NCBI RefSeq assembly: GCF_036321535.1
Contig: NC_087436.1
Span: 69,194,001-69,258,000, forward strand
Origin: Camelus dromedarius
Taxonomy: Eukaryota
Reading direction: 5' to 3'
Length of the DNA: 64,000 nt
Of this stretch, positions 51,666 to 64,000 are shown piece by piece; position 1 is the first letter of the stretch, and each line of letters opens with the position of its first letter. The position numbers and the translations under genes are program-made. The notes beneath the pieces were generated by a model. It was not told where the DNA came from. It made no database searches and saw only the letters and a program-made list of their open reading frames with translations.

Positions 51666-54635
51666 ATTTACAATGGTGTGTTAATTTCTGGTGTACAGCA
51701 TAATACTTCAGTCATATAAGAACATACATACATACATATTCATTTTAATATTTCTCACCATAAGTTACTACAAGATATTTAATATAGTTCTCTGTGCTAT
51801 ACAGTATTAAGTTGTTGTTTATCTATTTTATGTGTATTAGTTAGTGTCTCCAAATCTCAAGCTCCCAATTTAACCCTTCTCACTCCCTCCTCCCCCTCAC
51901 CCCGTAACCATAAGTTTGTTTTCTATGTCTGGGAGTCTGCTTCTGTTTTGTAAATAAATTTGTTTCTTGCTTTTTTCTTTAGATTCCCCATTAAGTAATA
52001 TCATATGGTATTTTTCTTTCTCTTTCTGGCTTACTTCACTTAAAATACATTCTTCAGGTCTATCTATGGTACTGCAGATGGTATTATTTTATTATTTGTT
52101 GTGGCTGAATAGTATTCCATTGTATAAATATAGCACAATTTATTTATCCAGTCATATGTTGATGGATATTTAGGTTGTTTCCATGTCTTGGCTATTATAA
52201 ATAGTGCTGCTATGAACATTGGGGTGTGTATGTCGTTTTGAATTAAGATTCCTTCTGGATATAGTCCCAGAAGTGGGATTGCAGGATCATGTGGTAAGTT
52301 TATTTTTAGCCTTTTGAGGAATCTCCATACTGTTTTCCATAATGGCTGTACCAAACTACATTCCCACGCACGGTGTAGGAGAGATCCCTTTTCTCCTCAG
52401 CCTCTCCAGCATTTATTGTTTGTGGACTTTTGAATGATGGCCATTCTCACTGATATGAGGTGATACCTCATCATAATTTTGATTTGCATTTCTATGGTAA
52501 TTAGTGATATTGAGCATGATTTTCCTGTTTCATAATGGCCATTTGTATGTCTTCATTGGAGAATTGCTTGTTTAGGTCTTCTGTCCATTTTTGGATTGGG
52601 TTGTTTGTTTTATTCTTATTAAGTTTTGTAAGCTGTTTATATGTTCGAGATATTAAACCTTTGTCCCTCTCATCTTTTGCAAATACTTTCTCCCATTCAG
52701 TAAGTTGTCTTTTTGTTTTGCTTATGGTTTCCTTTGCTGTGCAAAAGCTTGTAAGTTTAATTAGGTCCCATTCGTTTATTTTTGCTTTTATTTCTTTTGT
52801 TTGGATAGATTGCCCTAGGAGAACAATGCTGAGATTTATGTTGGATATCTTTTTGCCTATGTTTTCTTCTAAGAGGTTTACAGTGTCTTGTCTTATAAGT
52901 AAGTCTTTAAGCCATTTGTAGTTTATTTTTGTGTATGGTGTGAGGGAATGTTCTGACTTCATTGATTTACATGCAGCTGTCCAGTTTACCCAACACCATT
53001 TGCTGAAGAGACTGTCTTTACTCCATTGTATGTTCTTGCCTCCTTTTACAAAGATTAATTGACCAGAAGTTTGTAGGTTTATTTGTGGGCTCTCTATTCT
53101 GGCCATTGATCCATATATGTTTTTGTACCAATACCATGCTCTTTTGATTACTACAGCTCTGTAGTATTGTCTGAAGTCTGGGAGGATTATTCCTCCAGCT
53201 TCATTGTTTTTGTTTAGTAATGCTTTGGCAATTCTGCATCTTTAGTGATTCCATATAAATTTTAGGATTATTTGTTCTAACATTCTGTGAAAAGTGTCCT
53301 GGGTAATTTGATAGGGATTGCATTGAATCTGTAGATTGTTTTGTGAAATATGGCCATTTTAACAATATGAATTCTTCCAATCCAAGAGGAAGATATCCTT
53401 CCATTTCTTTGTATCATCTTTGGGTTCCTTCTTCATTGTTTTACAGTTTTCAGTTGTTAGGTCTTTCAACTTCTTGGTTAAGTTGATTCCTGGGTATTTT
53501 ATTTTTTTGATGTGATTTCAATGGGATTGTTTTTTTCTTCTCTTTCTGATATTTTGTTATAGTGTGTAGAAATGCAACAGATTTCTTTATATTAATTTAG
53601 AGTTCTCTACATAGAGTATCATGTCATCTGCAAATAGGGATCGTTTTACCTCTTACCTTACATGTTGGGTAATTTTGTTTTTCTTGTCTGATTGCTGTGT
53701 GTAGGACCTCACATCCCATATTAAATAGAGGCTTTGAGAGTGGGCATTCTTGTCTAGTACCTGAATTTTGTGGGAAGGCTTTCAGCTTTTTCTCTGTTGA
53801 GTATTATGTTGGCTGTTAGTTGTTGGTTATTGGTATGTTGTAAATGGCCTTTATTACATTGAGATAGGTTCCCTCTATATTCACTTTGATGAGAGTTTTT
53901 ATTCACGAGTGAATGTGACTTTTCTCAAATGCATTTTTGTGTGTATTAAGATGATCATTATGGTTTTTGACTTTTCTTTTGTTTATGTGTGTATCACACT
54001 AATTGATTTTCCTCTGTTGAGCCATTCTTGTGGCCCTAGAATAATTTCAAATTGATCAGATGAATGATCCTTTTAATGTATTGTTGGATTGTGTTGGCTA
54101 ATATTTTGTTGAGAATTTTTGCATCTGTATTTATTAAAAATACTGGCATGTAGTTTTTTTTTTTTTCACAATATCTTTGTCTGGTTTTCGTATCAGGGTA
54201 CTAGTTGACTTGTGGAATGAATTTGGAGGTGTTCCATCCTCTTTAATTTTTTGGAATATTTGGAGAAGGCTAGGTATAAGTTCTTCTTTATATGATTGGT
54301 AGAAGTCCCCTGTCAAGTCATCTATTCCTGGACTTTTGTTTTCAAGGAGTTAAAAATTATATTGCACATTTTATTGCGCTTCTAGCTATCAGTCTCTCAA
54401 ATTGCCTGTTTCTTCTTGACTCAGTCTTGGAAAGTTGCATATTTCTAGAAATTTGTCCATTTCTTATAGGTTGTCCAATTTGTTGGCATATAACTATTTA
54501 TAGTATTCTCTTATGATTTTTTTTTGCATCTCTGTGGTGTTGGTTGATACTCATTTTCTTTCGTTTATTATTTTGTTTTTATTTTAGGTCTTCTTTATTC
54601 TTGTTGAGCATGACCGAAAGATTGTCTGTTTTATC
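51665..54635 (-). mobile_element. L1 3' half, apparently chimeric (younger 3' part joined to an older ORF2 part)
   Basis: Well preserved ORF2 C-terminal ORFs at 52064-53106; beyond about 53330 the sequence tracks the older L1 at 24215-25550. Confidence 0.85.
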
Positions 54636-54639
54636 TTTT

Positions 54640-55772
54640 TTTATTCTTTTTTTTTTTTTGATTTATAATCATTTTACAATGTTGTTTCAAATTCCAGTGT
54701 AGAGCACAATTTTTCAGTTATACATAAACATATATATATTCATTGTTCACATTTTTTTCTCTGTGAGCTACCATAAGATCTTGTGTATATTTCCCTTTGC
54801 TGTACAGTATAATCTTGTTTATCTATTCCACAATTTTGAAATCCCGTCTATCCCTTCCTACCCTCTGTCCCCTGAGCAACCACAAGTTTGTATTCTATGT
54901 CTATGAGTCTGTTCTTGTTTTGTATTTGTGCTTTGTTTGGTTTTTTTTTGTTTTTTTGTTTTTTTTTTTTTTAGATTCCACATATGAGTGATCTCATATG
55001 GTATTTTTCTTTCTCTTTCTGGCTTACTTCACTTAGAACGACATTCTCCAGGAGCATCCATGTTGCTGCAAATGGCATTACGTTGTCAGTTTTTATGGCT
55101 GAATAGTTCCATTGTATAAATACACCACATCTTCTTTATCCGGTCATCTGTTCATGGACATTTAGGCTGTTTCCATGTCTTGGCTATTGTAAATAATGAT
55201 GCTGTGAAAATTGGGGTGCCAGTGTCATCCTGAAGCAGGGTTCCTTCTGGATATATGCCCAGGAGCGGGATTCCTGGGTCATATGGTTAATCTATTCCTA
55301 GTCTTTTGAGGAATCTCCATACTGTTTTCCACAGTGGCTGCACCAAACTGCATTCCTACCAGCAGTATAGGAGGGTTCCCCTTTCTCCACAGCCTCTCCA
55401 GCGTTTGTTGTTTGTGAATTTTTGAATGATGGCCATTCTGACTGGTGTGAGGATTTAACTGATGGTAGTTTTGATTTGCATTTCTCTGATAAGTAGTGAT
55501 ATTGAGCATTTTTTCATGTGCCTATTGATCATTTGTATGTCTTCCTTGGAGAATTGCTTGTTTAGATCTTCTGCCCATTTTTGGATTGGGTTGTTTATTT
55601 TTTTCTTATTAAATCGCGTGAGCAGCTTATATATTCTGGAGATCAAGCCTTTGTCGGTTTCATTTGCAAAAAATTTTTCCCATTCTGTAGGTTGTCTTTT
55701 TGTTTTACTTATGGTGTCCTTTGCTGTACAGTAGCTTGTAAATTTCATTGGGTCCCATTTGTTTATTCTTGT
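54640..55772 (-). mobile_element. Young 5'-truncated L1 nested in the older L1
   Basis: Poly(T) at 54646-54659, 3' UTR, and ORF2 end peptide [11 protein letters not shown]...[18 protein letters not shown]. Confidence 0.9.
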
Positions 55773-56059
55773 GTACATCCCTCACTTTAAATCTGTGTGT
55801 ATCTTTTGCCTTTAACTATGTCTCATGTAGGCAGCATATTGCAGATTTTTTTTTCATTTTTCAGTTTTATTATGTAAAATTGTTACAATTTGCACATATA
55901 GAGTATATTGTATGTAACTACATATACAGAATATGTTGCACATATTGTTTAATAATTTACATACATGTTATGTTTATTACTTCTAAGAATGTTAAGAACT
56001 TTAGCTTTTTTAACTAAATAGTTATCAAAGGAATAAAGCCGACCACAACATAAGAATTA

Positions 56060-57235
56060 ATTCAAAAAGATACACAACCCTGCTTTTAACAGCAACGTTC
56101 TTTATAATTGCCAATAAATGGAAGCATCCTAAGTGCACATCAATAGATGAATAGATAAAGAAGATGCAGCTTCTATATGTAATAGACTACAACCCACCCA
56201 TTTGCAGCCCTTCATTCACTTTTTTTTTTCTTTCACTTCAAAAACCAGAATTTGATAACTGGCATAAACATTTGCATTGCATCAAAAACAACAAAACACC
56301 TAGAAATAAACTTAATCAAGGAAGTTATATATACTCTGAAAACTGTAAAACATTGATGAAAGGAATTGAAGATGATACAAAGAAATGGAAAGATAGCTTG
56401 TGCTCTTGAATTGGAAGAATCAACCTTATCAAAATGGCCGTACTACCCAAGGCAATCTGCAGATCCAACGCAACCCCTGTCAAAATACTCATGACATTTT
56501 TCACAGAACTAGAACAAGCAATTCCAAAACGTGTATGGAACCATAAAGGACCTGGAACTACCAAAGCAATGTTTTTGGGTCTTCTCTTCTTCTTCTTTGT
56601 CTTCGTCGTCTATGTCGTCGTCTTCATCTTCTTTGTCGTCGTCATCGTCGTCTTCTCCTCCTCCTTCTCCTCCTTCTTCCTCTTCCTCATTCTTCTCTTC
56701 CTTCTTCTCTTTCCTCCTCCTCCTCTTCTTCTTCTTTTATTTTTTTAAATAGACTTTAGCGTTTTAGAGCCATTTCAGGTACACAACAGAACTAAGCAGA
56801 ATATACAGAGTTCACACATAGCCCTCCCCACCCACCCATATATATATACTCCCCTACCCTCAATGTCCCTCATCAGTGTGGCATATTTGGTACAGTCGGT
56901 GAACCAACATGGGCACGTTATTATCAACCAAAGTCTATAGTTTACATTAGGGTTCACTCTTGATGTTGTACATTCTGTGGGTTTTGACATATGCATAATG
57001 ACATGTAGCCATCACTATAGTATCATACAGAAAAATTTCATTGGTGTAAAAATCCCTTGTGCTCCATCTATTCAGTCCTCCCTCCCTCCCTCTCCCCAAA
57101 TCCCTGGAAACCATAATCTTTTTATTGTTTCTGTAGCTGTACCTTTTACAGAATGTCGTTTGGTTGTAATTGTACAGTTTGTAGCCGAAATTTATAAGGA
57201 ACCACAAAAAGACCCCGAATAGCCAGAACAATCTT
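56060..57235. mobile_element. Mosaic of L1 fragments: plus-strand ORF2 pieces (about 56060-56170, 56270-56572, 57186-57235) and a minus-strand old L1 3' end (about 56745-57180)
   Basis: MAVLPKAICRSNATPVKI peptide; L1MB/MC-type 3' UTR (TSRVNPNVNYRLW read-through). Confidence 0.7.
56578..56735. repeat. Compound trinucleotide microsatellite (CTT/CGT/CCT)n
   Basis: Direct inspection. Confidence 0.9.
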
Positions 57236-59299
57236 TTGTAGGTCTCTCTTCTTTCCCCTCTTTCTTCTTTTTGTTCTGTTTTCTTATGGTTTGATGACTA
57301 GAGAAGGTCCTTTAACATTTGTTGTAAAGCTGGTTTGGTGGTGCTGAAATCTTTTAGCTTTTGTTTATCTGTGAAGCTTTTGATTTCTCCATCAAGTCTG
57401 AACGAGAGCCTTGCTGGATAGAGTATTCTTGGTTGCGAGTTTCCCCGTTGCATCACTTTAAATGTATCATGCCACTCCCTTCTGTCCTGTAAAGTTCCTG
57501 CTGAAAAATTAGCTGATAACCTTATGGGAGTTCCCTTGTATGTTATTTGTTGCTTTTCTCTTGCTAGTTTTAATATTTTCTCCTTATCCTTAATTGTTGT
57601 CAGTTTGATGACTATGTGCCTTGCTGTGTTCCTCTTTAGGTAGATTCTCTGTGGTACTCTCTGCGATTCCAGGACTTGGGTGACTGTTTCCTTCCCCAAG
57701 TTGGGTAGGTTTTCAGTTATTTTCCCTCCAAAAATTTTCTCAGTTCTCAGGTCCTTTGTCTTTCTCTTCTCTTTCTGGGACCCCTATAATGTGAGTATTA
57801 GAGCGCTTCATATTGTTCCAGAGTTCTCTTAAAGTATCCTCATTTCTTTTCATTCTTTTTTCTTTTGTCTATTCTGTAGTAGTGATTTCCACTAATCTGT
57901 CTTCTAGCTCATTGATCCGTTCTTCTGCTTCATTTAGTCTATTCTTGATTCCTTCTAGTGTGTTTTTCATTTCGGTGATTTTATCCTTCAACTCTGTGTC
58001 TTCTTTATATTTTCAAACTCTTTGCTAAAACTTCACTCTCTGCATCTATACGCCTCTTGAGTTCTCTGAACATCTTTGCCATCATTACCTTAAACTCTTT
58101 CTCGAATAAATTATACATATCTCCTTATCACTTACTTCTGTTTCTGGGATTTTATCTTGTGCCTTCACCTGGGAGATATTTCTCTGTGGCCTCACATTCT
58201 GTCCTTGTATTTGTATTTTTAGGTAGGTTAGTTACATTTGTAGACCTTGGAGAGGTGGCCCTCTGTAGGAGATGTGCTATGCATCCCAGCGGTACACTCC
58301 TCTCTTGTTACTCAAGGGCCAGGGTCCAGCTGGTCCCAGTGTAGAGTCTGGCATGTGTTTGTGGATTCCTTCCACAAGCTTTGGGATTGTTTTTTTATTT
58401 CTGGTACCTGCCCCCTGGTGGATGAGGGAGGAACTAGAGGCTTATGCAGGTTTCCTGGCAGGAGGAGTTAGTGTCTGCCCACTGCTGGGTGCAGCTTGGT
58501 TCTGGACCTCTGGTGGGTACGGCCCTGTCTAGAGGTGTTTGTGGGGTTAGGAAGTCTGCTGATGGGTGCGCTGTGTTCCCACCCAGTATGTTTTTTGGCT
58601 TGAGGTTTCCCTACAGGCTGTTGGGTGGGGCTAGTTCTTGGTGCTAGTGATCCAATAATGATATCAGCCTCCAGGAAAGCTCATGCAGATGAACACTCCT
58701 GTAATGTCCAGCACCAGCTTTTATGTCCCCTAGGTGAGCCACAGCTTTCCCCTACATCCCCAGGAGTCCTTCCAAAACCAGCAGACAGGTCTGTCCCAGG
58801 TTCTTATGAAATCACTGCCTCTGCCCTTGGACCTGGCACACGTGAGATTCTGTTTTCTCTTCCCTAGAGAATGAAGTCTCTGTTTCCCCCTAGTCCCATG
58901 ATGCTCCTGGAGCTAAGCCCCACTGGCCTTGAAAACCAGATGTCCTGGGATCTCCTCCTCCTCTCAATGCTGGAACCCTGGGCTGGGGAGTCTGATGTGG
59001 GGCTGAGAAGTCTCACTCCTGTGGGTGCGCCCCTGCAACTTAATCGTCTTTCAGCTTGTGGGTCACTCAACCCAGGGGTATGGAGCCTGATAATATTGGA
59101 AGCATGCCCCTCCTACCATCCCACTGTGGTTCCCTCTTTATGTTTAGAGTTGAAAAAGTTTTTTTTTTTTTTTTCGCTAGATTCCACTCTTTTTTTTTTT
59201 TTTTTTTTGATGGTTGTTTAGCAGTCATTTGTGGTTTTGTTGTAGTTGCAAGGAGAGACGAGTTCATGGTCCTATCGCTTCACCATCTTGCCCCGTTAC
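57236..59299 (-). mobile_element. L1 5' portion (5' UTR plus ORF1), same family as 14066-20868
   Basis: ORF1 C-terminal peptide at 57298-57699 (KGTPIRLSANFS, PRILYPARLSF); 5' end CAAGATGGTG near 59290. Confidence 0.9.
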
Positions 59300-62055
59300 T
59301 TTTTTTCCATTGTGCCTGGTTACAGGGAACTCTTTCTTGTAGCTTTGTTTTCGTAGTTCTGTCAGTTTACAGTTTTCTGTGACAGCTGTTCCACGTGAAG
59401 ATGTATTTTTGATGTGTTTGTGAGGATCGTGAGCACCATGTCCGCCTACTCTGGCATCTTGGCACAGTCCTGTACCACAAATTTATTTCTCCTTATTTAG
59501 TTTCTGCATATTTACAGGAAATGCTGTTATTATCATTATTTGCATTTGAAACATGTTACATAAAATGTACTGCATAAACCTGTGGACTAAAATTATTATG
59601 AATGTATTTCCATGCATTTAAATCAGAATAGTTAATGTAAATTACATAGCACTATAGACACCAACTACATTTAGTGCTTTACAAGGTTAGTATATTCAGA
59701 CTTTGAAGAACTCCATGAAGTGGTTAATACCATTACTTTATCTGCATTTCACTGATGGGGCAGCTGAGGCTTAGGGAGATACAGTAACACTCCCAACCCC
59801 ACACAAGTCTGTGGCAGTTCTTCGGGGACTTAAATCCATGCTGTCTGAGTACAGAGTTCAAACTCTTAACCATTTTGGTATGGTGGGTCTCCTTTTTGGG
59901 TTACAGTTTTTCAAAATGTAACATTGATAATGTCCCATTATTAAGCTGTATCTTTATTGTAATATTATTACAAAGGTATAATTATTTTTCCAGTGGTGTA
60001 TTACTGCATAAAAAGTGCCCTTAAAAGTAGGGGCTTAGAAGAGCAGTCCTCATTTTATTTTTATCTATTATAGTTCTGGGTGTTGTCTAGGCTCAGCTAA
60101 GTGATTATTGTAGGAGGTTTCTCAGGTGGCTACAGTCTTGTGGTGGCTGGGGTTGTAATTATCTGGTGATTGGTTTGAGAAGATGCAATCTGTTGGAGGG
60201 CCAAGTACTAGGACTTCTGAGGCATATCTATGAACTCTCCACAAATGATCATTTACCATGGGGACTTTGGGTGTGGTACAGGGCTCCGTGGTGAGTAGGG
60301 AAGTAGGGAGTGGACAGAGACAGAGAGAGAGAGACAGACGAAGAAATAGACAATATGTTGCAGTTTGTAACTGACTATTGGAGGTTAGACTGCAACATTT
60401 GTGAGACAAGTACAAAATTGTTTTTTAACTTTTTTTTTTTGGAAGGGAGATAGATAGGTTTATTTAGTTATTTTAATGGCAGTACTGCAGTTTAGACCCA
60501 GGACCTTGTGCATGCTAAGCAAACACACTACCCCTGAGCTATGGCCTTCTCCTCCCAGCAACAAGACTTTCTAAACTTTAAAAGAGAGGAAATTACTTGA
60601 TGGGAGAGATGTCAAAATATTTGTAGTGATATCTCAGAAACACTATAAATGTAAGTATTGGAAGTAAGCCAGCAGAGGTCCCTGAGCTATTGTAAAATTA
60701 ATTCAATATTGACATTAAAACCAAAGTAAAGGCATTAAATTTTTGTGAGTTAAGATTTTTAAAACTATTGAAATTTTAAATACAAGTAGTAATACATTTA
60801 TCTATAATATTTAAATGTTGCAGAATCAATTTGAGGAAAATTATTTAAGCCTCGATGTGTGATTTAAAACTATTATATACTATGGCATCATTTTAGTTCC
60901 ATTTTTAAATACAAGGTGTCAGTTATACATACAAATTGTATTGAAAATTCTGTGGCACATGTTTTCTATAATTCCCTGAACGTCAATGTTTTAATTTATT
61001 TTTAAAATAAATTATGCTTTCAGCTGAGGAATGACTGTCACATGATTTGGATGATGGTTTTGACCAATAAGACAACTATGCTTTTCCTCATCTGGACCAC
61101 TTTGATAATAAAGTCCTTTCCTGATGTGCAATTTTCAAGAGTGCCTTCAGATATCTTCCATTTGATTTACCAATTTTCCATGAAATTTATATAATTTTTG
61201 TATTCCACCCACTGTTACCAATTATGTCAGTCAAGGAGGGCCTAGGTTTAAAGAAAATGATGCTTTTATTATTTTTTCTCTTGACAAAGGATTGAGTGTT
61301 TACAGATAATTGTTATGGAATGGATGGAGAAATAGGCTCCTGAGAAAAGAGACAAAAGAATGAGCTATACTGAACCAAAGTATGGTTATGTAGAGTAATA
61401 TCCATTATTTCAATCTGTGTTCAACAAACACATTGAATTTCATAGTGTATCTGCAATAAGCTAAGTGATGCTGTGTCTTATTTTGATGGAATATATAGAG
61501 ATATAGATATATTTTGGTACATTTGGAGGGAATGAAAATTCAATAATTCCCTTTAGAGTATAGGTTGTATATTTTCTTGATTTAAAGTTGAAAAGTTATA
61601 TCCATTATCAAAGGCTGAATATAGGAATGAAAGCGATCAGGTGAATATTTTTAAAGGTAAAGAGAAAAAGAAAATTCAGTCATGAAATCAAAGATTTTCA
61701 CAAATGGCTCAGTTTTATAATAGGAAGCAGGTAGCAGTTGCTGTATGACTGATTCCACAGACATTTCACTGGGACATGACTTAACCCGGAGGAATGCAAG
61801 TGAGTTGCCATGGCTTTAGGTAAGGAGTGATGCTGAGGCTGGAAGCACAGTAAAATCCAAGAAGTGTTCGTGGACTCACAAATGAAATGGAAGGGTGAAT
61901 CTTTTACACAATTTCAAGTATTGAACAGTTTCTGTAGCAAGATAAAACTATAAAATTCTGCACCAAAATAAGGTGAAAATATTCTGAATATCTACAACAT
62001 AATTTTGATACTGTGAGTAGACTTGTTATGGTTCTTTTGTACGTGCATACCATGT
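59300..62055 (+). repeat. Paralogue of 29035-32670 (3' flank of gene B), i.e. 3' flank of a third UGT2B copy (C)
   Basis: Colinear matches such as tttcacaaat(a/g)gctcagttttataataggaagcaggtagcagttgctgtat near 32310 and 61695; shared MIR, MaLR and SINE. Confidence 0.9.
60420..60556 (-). mobile_element. Paralogous copy of the same SINE insertion
   Basis: cccaggaccttgtgcatgctaagc...ctgagctat at the same flanking position (cagcaacaagactt). Confidence 0.85.
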
Positions 62056-62255
62056 NNNNNNNNNNNNNNNNNNNNNNNNNNNNNNNNNNNNNNNNNNNNN
62101 NNNNNNNNNNNNNNNNNNNNNNNNNNNNNNNNNNNNNNNNNNNNNNNNNNNNNNNNNNNNNNNNNNNNNNNNNNNNNNNNNNNNNNNNNNNNNNNNNNNN
62201 NNNNNNNNNNNNNNNNNNNNNNNNNNNNNNNNNNNNNNNNNNNNNNNNNNNNNNN
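62056..62255. other. Assembly gap (200 N)
   Basis: Run of exactly 200 N. Confidence 1.
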
Positions 62256-64000
62256 TATCCTATTTCTTGAGGGTGTAATGCTCTGAAAATATCCACCAAA
62301 TCTAGTTTTTCTATTGTAGTATTTAATTTTTCTGTTGCCTTGTTTATTTTCTGTCTGGAAGATCTGTCTAGTGATGTTAATGCAGTGTTAAAATCTCCAA
62401 CTATGATTGTATTCCCATCAATATCCCCCTTTATCTCTGTTAGTAATTCTTGTATGTACTTAGGTGCTCCTATATTGGGTGCATATATATTAACGAGTGT
62501 AATATCCTCATCTTGTATCACTCCTTTAATCATTATAAAATGTCCTTCTTTATCTTTCTTTATGGCCTTTGTTTTAAAGTCTATTTTGCCTGAAATCAGT
62601 ACTGCAACACCTGCTTTTTTGGCTTTTCCATTTGCATGGAATATCCTTTTCCATCCTTTCACTTTCAATCTATATGTGTCCTTCTCCCTAAAGTGTGTCT
62701 CTTGTATGCAGCATATTGAAGGTTCTTGCTTTATTATCCAGTCTGCCACTCTATTCTTTTGACTGGAGCATTTAGTCCATTAATATTTACAGTAATTAAT
62801 GATAGATGTGTGTTTATTGCCATTTTGAACTTATCTTTGCAGTTGAATTGGTATATCCTCTTTGTTCCTTTCTTCTTCCTATTGTGCTTTGGTAATTTTC
62901 CTTTGTATTTTCATGGATTTTATTTAATTTTTGTGACTCCTTTGTAAATTTCTGGCTTGTGGTTACCCTTTTTTGTAAATCTATTAACCCATTACTATAA
63001 CTGTTTTTATTAAACTGATAGTAACATGCTCTCAAACCCATCCTACTGTTAAAAAAATTTTAAAAAGAAAGAAAAAGATATTCTATATTTCCCTGCCTCC
63101 CTCTCCCACTCTCAGTGATTTGTATGTCTTCTTTTATAATTTCATGTTTACTTTATTTGTAATTCATGAGTTAATCACCTTTCCAGTTGTGTGTTTCTCA
63201 TTTCTGTAGCATCCTGCTGCTTTTCTATTTAGAATAGCCCTTTCAATATTTCTTTTAGCATGGGTTTAGTGTTGCTAAACTCCTGCAGCTTTTTTTTTTG
63301 TCTGTGAAACTCTTTATTTCTCCTTCTATCCTAAAGGATAGCCTTGCTGGATAAAGGATCCTAGGCTGCATCTTTTTTTCATTCAGGGCTTTGAGTATAT
63401 CTTGCCACTCGCTTCTGGCCTGTAATGTTTGTGTAGAGAATCAGCTGAGAGCCTTATGGGGGTTCCCTTGTAACTTACTCTTTGCTTTTCTCTTGCTGCC
63501 TTTAGAATCATTTCTTTATCCTTGACTCTGGCCATCTTGATTATGATATGTCTTGGTGTGGGTCTATTTGGGTTCTTCCTGTTTGGGACCCTCTGAGCTT
63601 CCTGTACTTGGATATCTGATTCCTTCTTTAAGTTTGGGAAGTTTTCAGTCATGATTTCTTCAAAAACCTTTTCAATCCCCTTTGATCTTTCTTCTCCTTC
63701 TGGGACCCCTATTATGCGAAGATTAGGACGCTTTATGTTATCCCATAGGTCCCTTATGCTATTTTCATTATTTTTTACTTGCTTATCTTGTAGTTCTTCT
63801 GAATGGGTGCTTTCTATTGCCCTGTCTTCTAGATCACTAATTCGTTCCTCTGCATTATCTAGTCGGCTTTGCACAGCTATTAGATCATTCCTCATCTCTG
63901 TCAATGAGTTTACCCATTCTACTTGGCTATTCTTTATAGCTTCAATTTCATTTTTGACATATTTTATATCTCTAAACACTATCTCTTTTAATTCCTTCAG
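62256..64000 (-). mobile_element. Young LINE-1: ORF1, inter-ORF spacer and ORF2 endonuclease N-terminus, cut by the gap and the window edge
   Basis: ORF1 63383-63979 (LWDNIKRPNLRIIGVPEGEE); ORF2 starts at about 62823 (MAINTHLS) and continues ...ICCIQETH...IYAPN...IVGDFNT. A few single-base frameshifts but no stops in the long segments. Confidence 0.95.

Noticed and set aside
56434..56752. Poly-Ser and poly-Phe/Val ORFs
   Set aside because: Translation of a trinucleotide microsatellite fused to an L1 fragment.
61904..62749. 281-aa ORF (and the X-rich ORFs at 62013 and 62023)
   Set aside because: Artefact of translating through the 200-N gap; only the L1 endonuclease part is real.
1..64000. 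Prokaryotic-type systems (CRISPR, operons, defence islands) or a novel multi-gene system
   Set aside because: Sequence is mammalian intron/exon DNA dominated by L1. There is no spaced-repeat array and no unexplained long ORF.

Overview
Mammalian genomic DNA, very likely camelid (a tRNA-derived SINE resembling the tylopod Vic-1 type occurs three times), from a tandem UDP-glucuronosyltransferase 2B (UGT2B) cluster on the minus strand. Gene B is complete: 6 exons, 50309->32974, 709+149+132+88+220+280 = 1578 nt, 525 aa, all GT-AG junctions. Gene A is partial: exons 1-4 at 11078->612, with exons 5-6 beyond the left edge. The 3' flank of a third paralogue (C) runs into a 200-N gap and a young L1 at the right edge. 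A and B are offset by about 39.2 kb. The rest is mostly LINE-1 of several ages, plus SINE, MIR, L2 and MaLR remnants, and most ORF-track entries are L1 debris or noise. I see no evidence for a wholly new biological system. The most interesting signals are: (1) a compensated double frameshift (-1 then -11 nt) in exon 1 of gene B; (2) a duplicated HNF1-like promoter site in A versus a degenerate one in B; (3) patchy near-identity between A and B, suggesting gene conversion; (4) a conserved ATG-TGA start-stop element just upstream of both start codons; (5) L1-mediated deletions and chimeras upstream of B. Repeat family names and boundaries are by eye and approximate.
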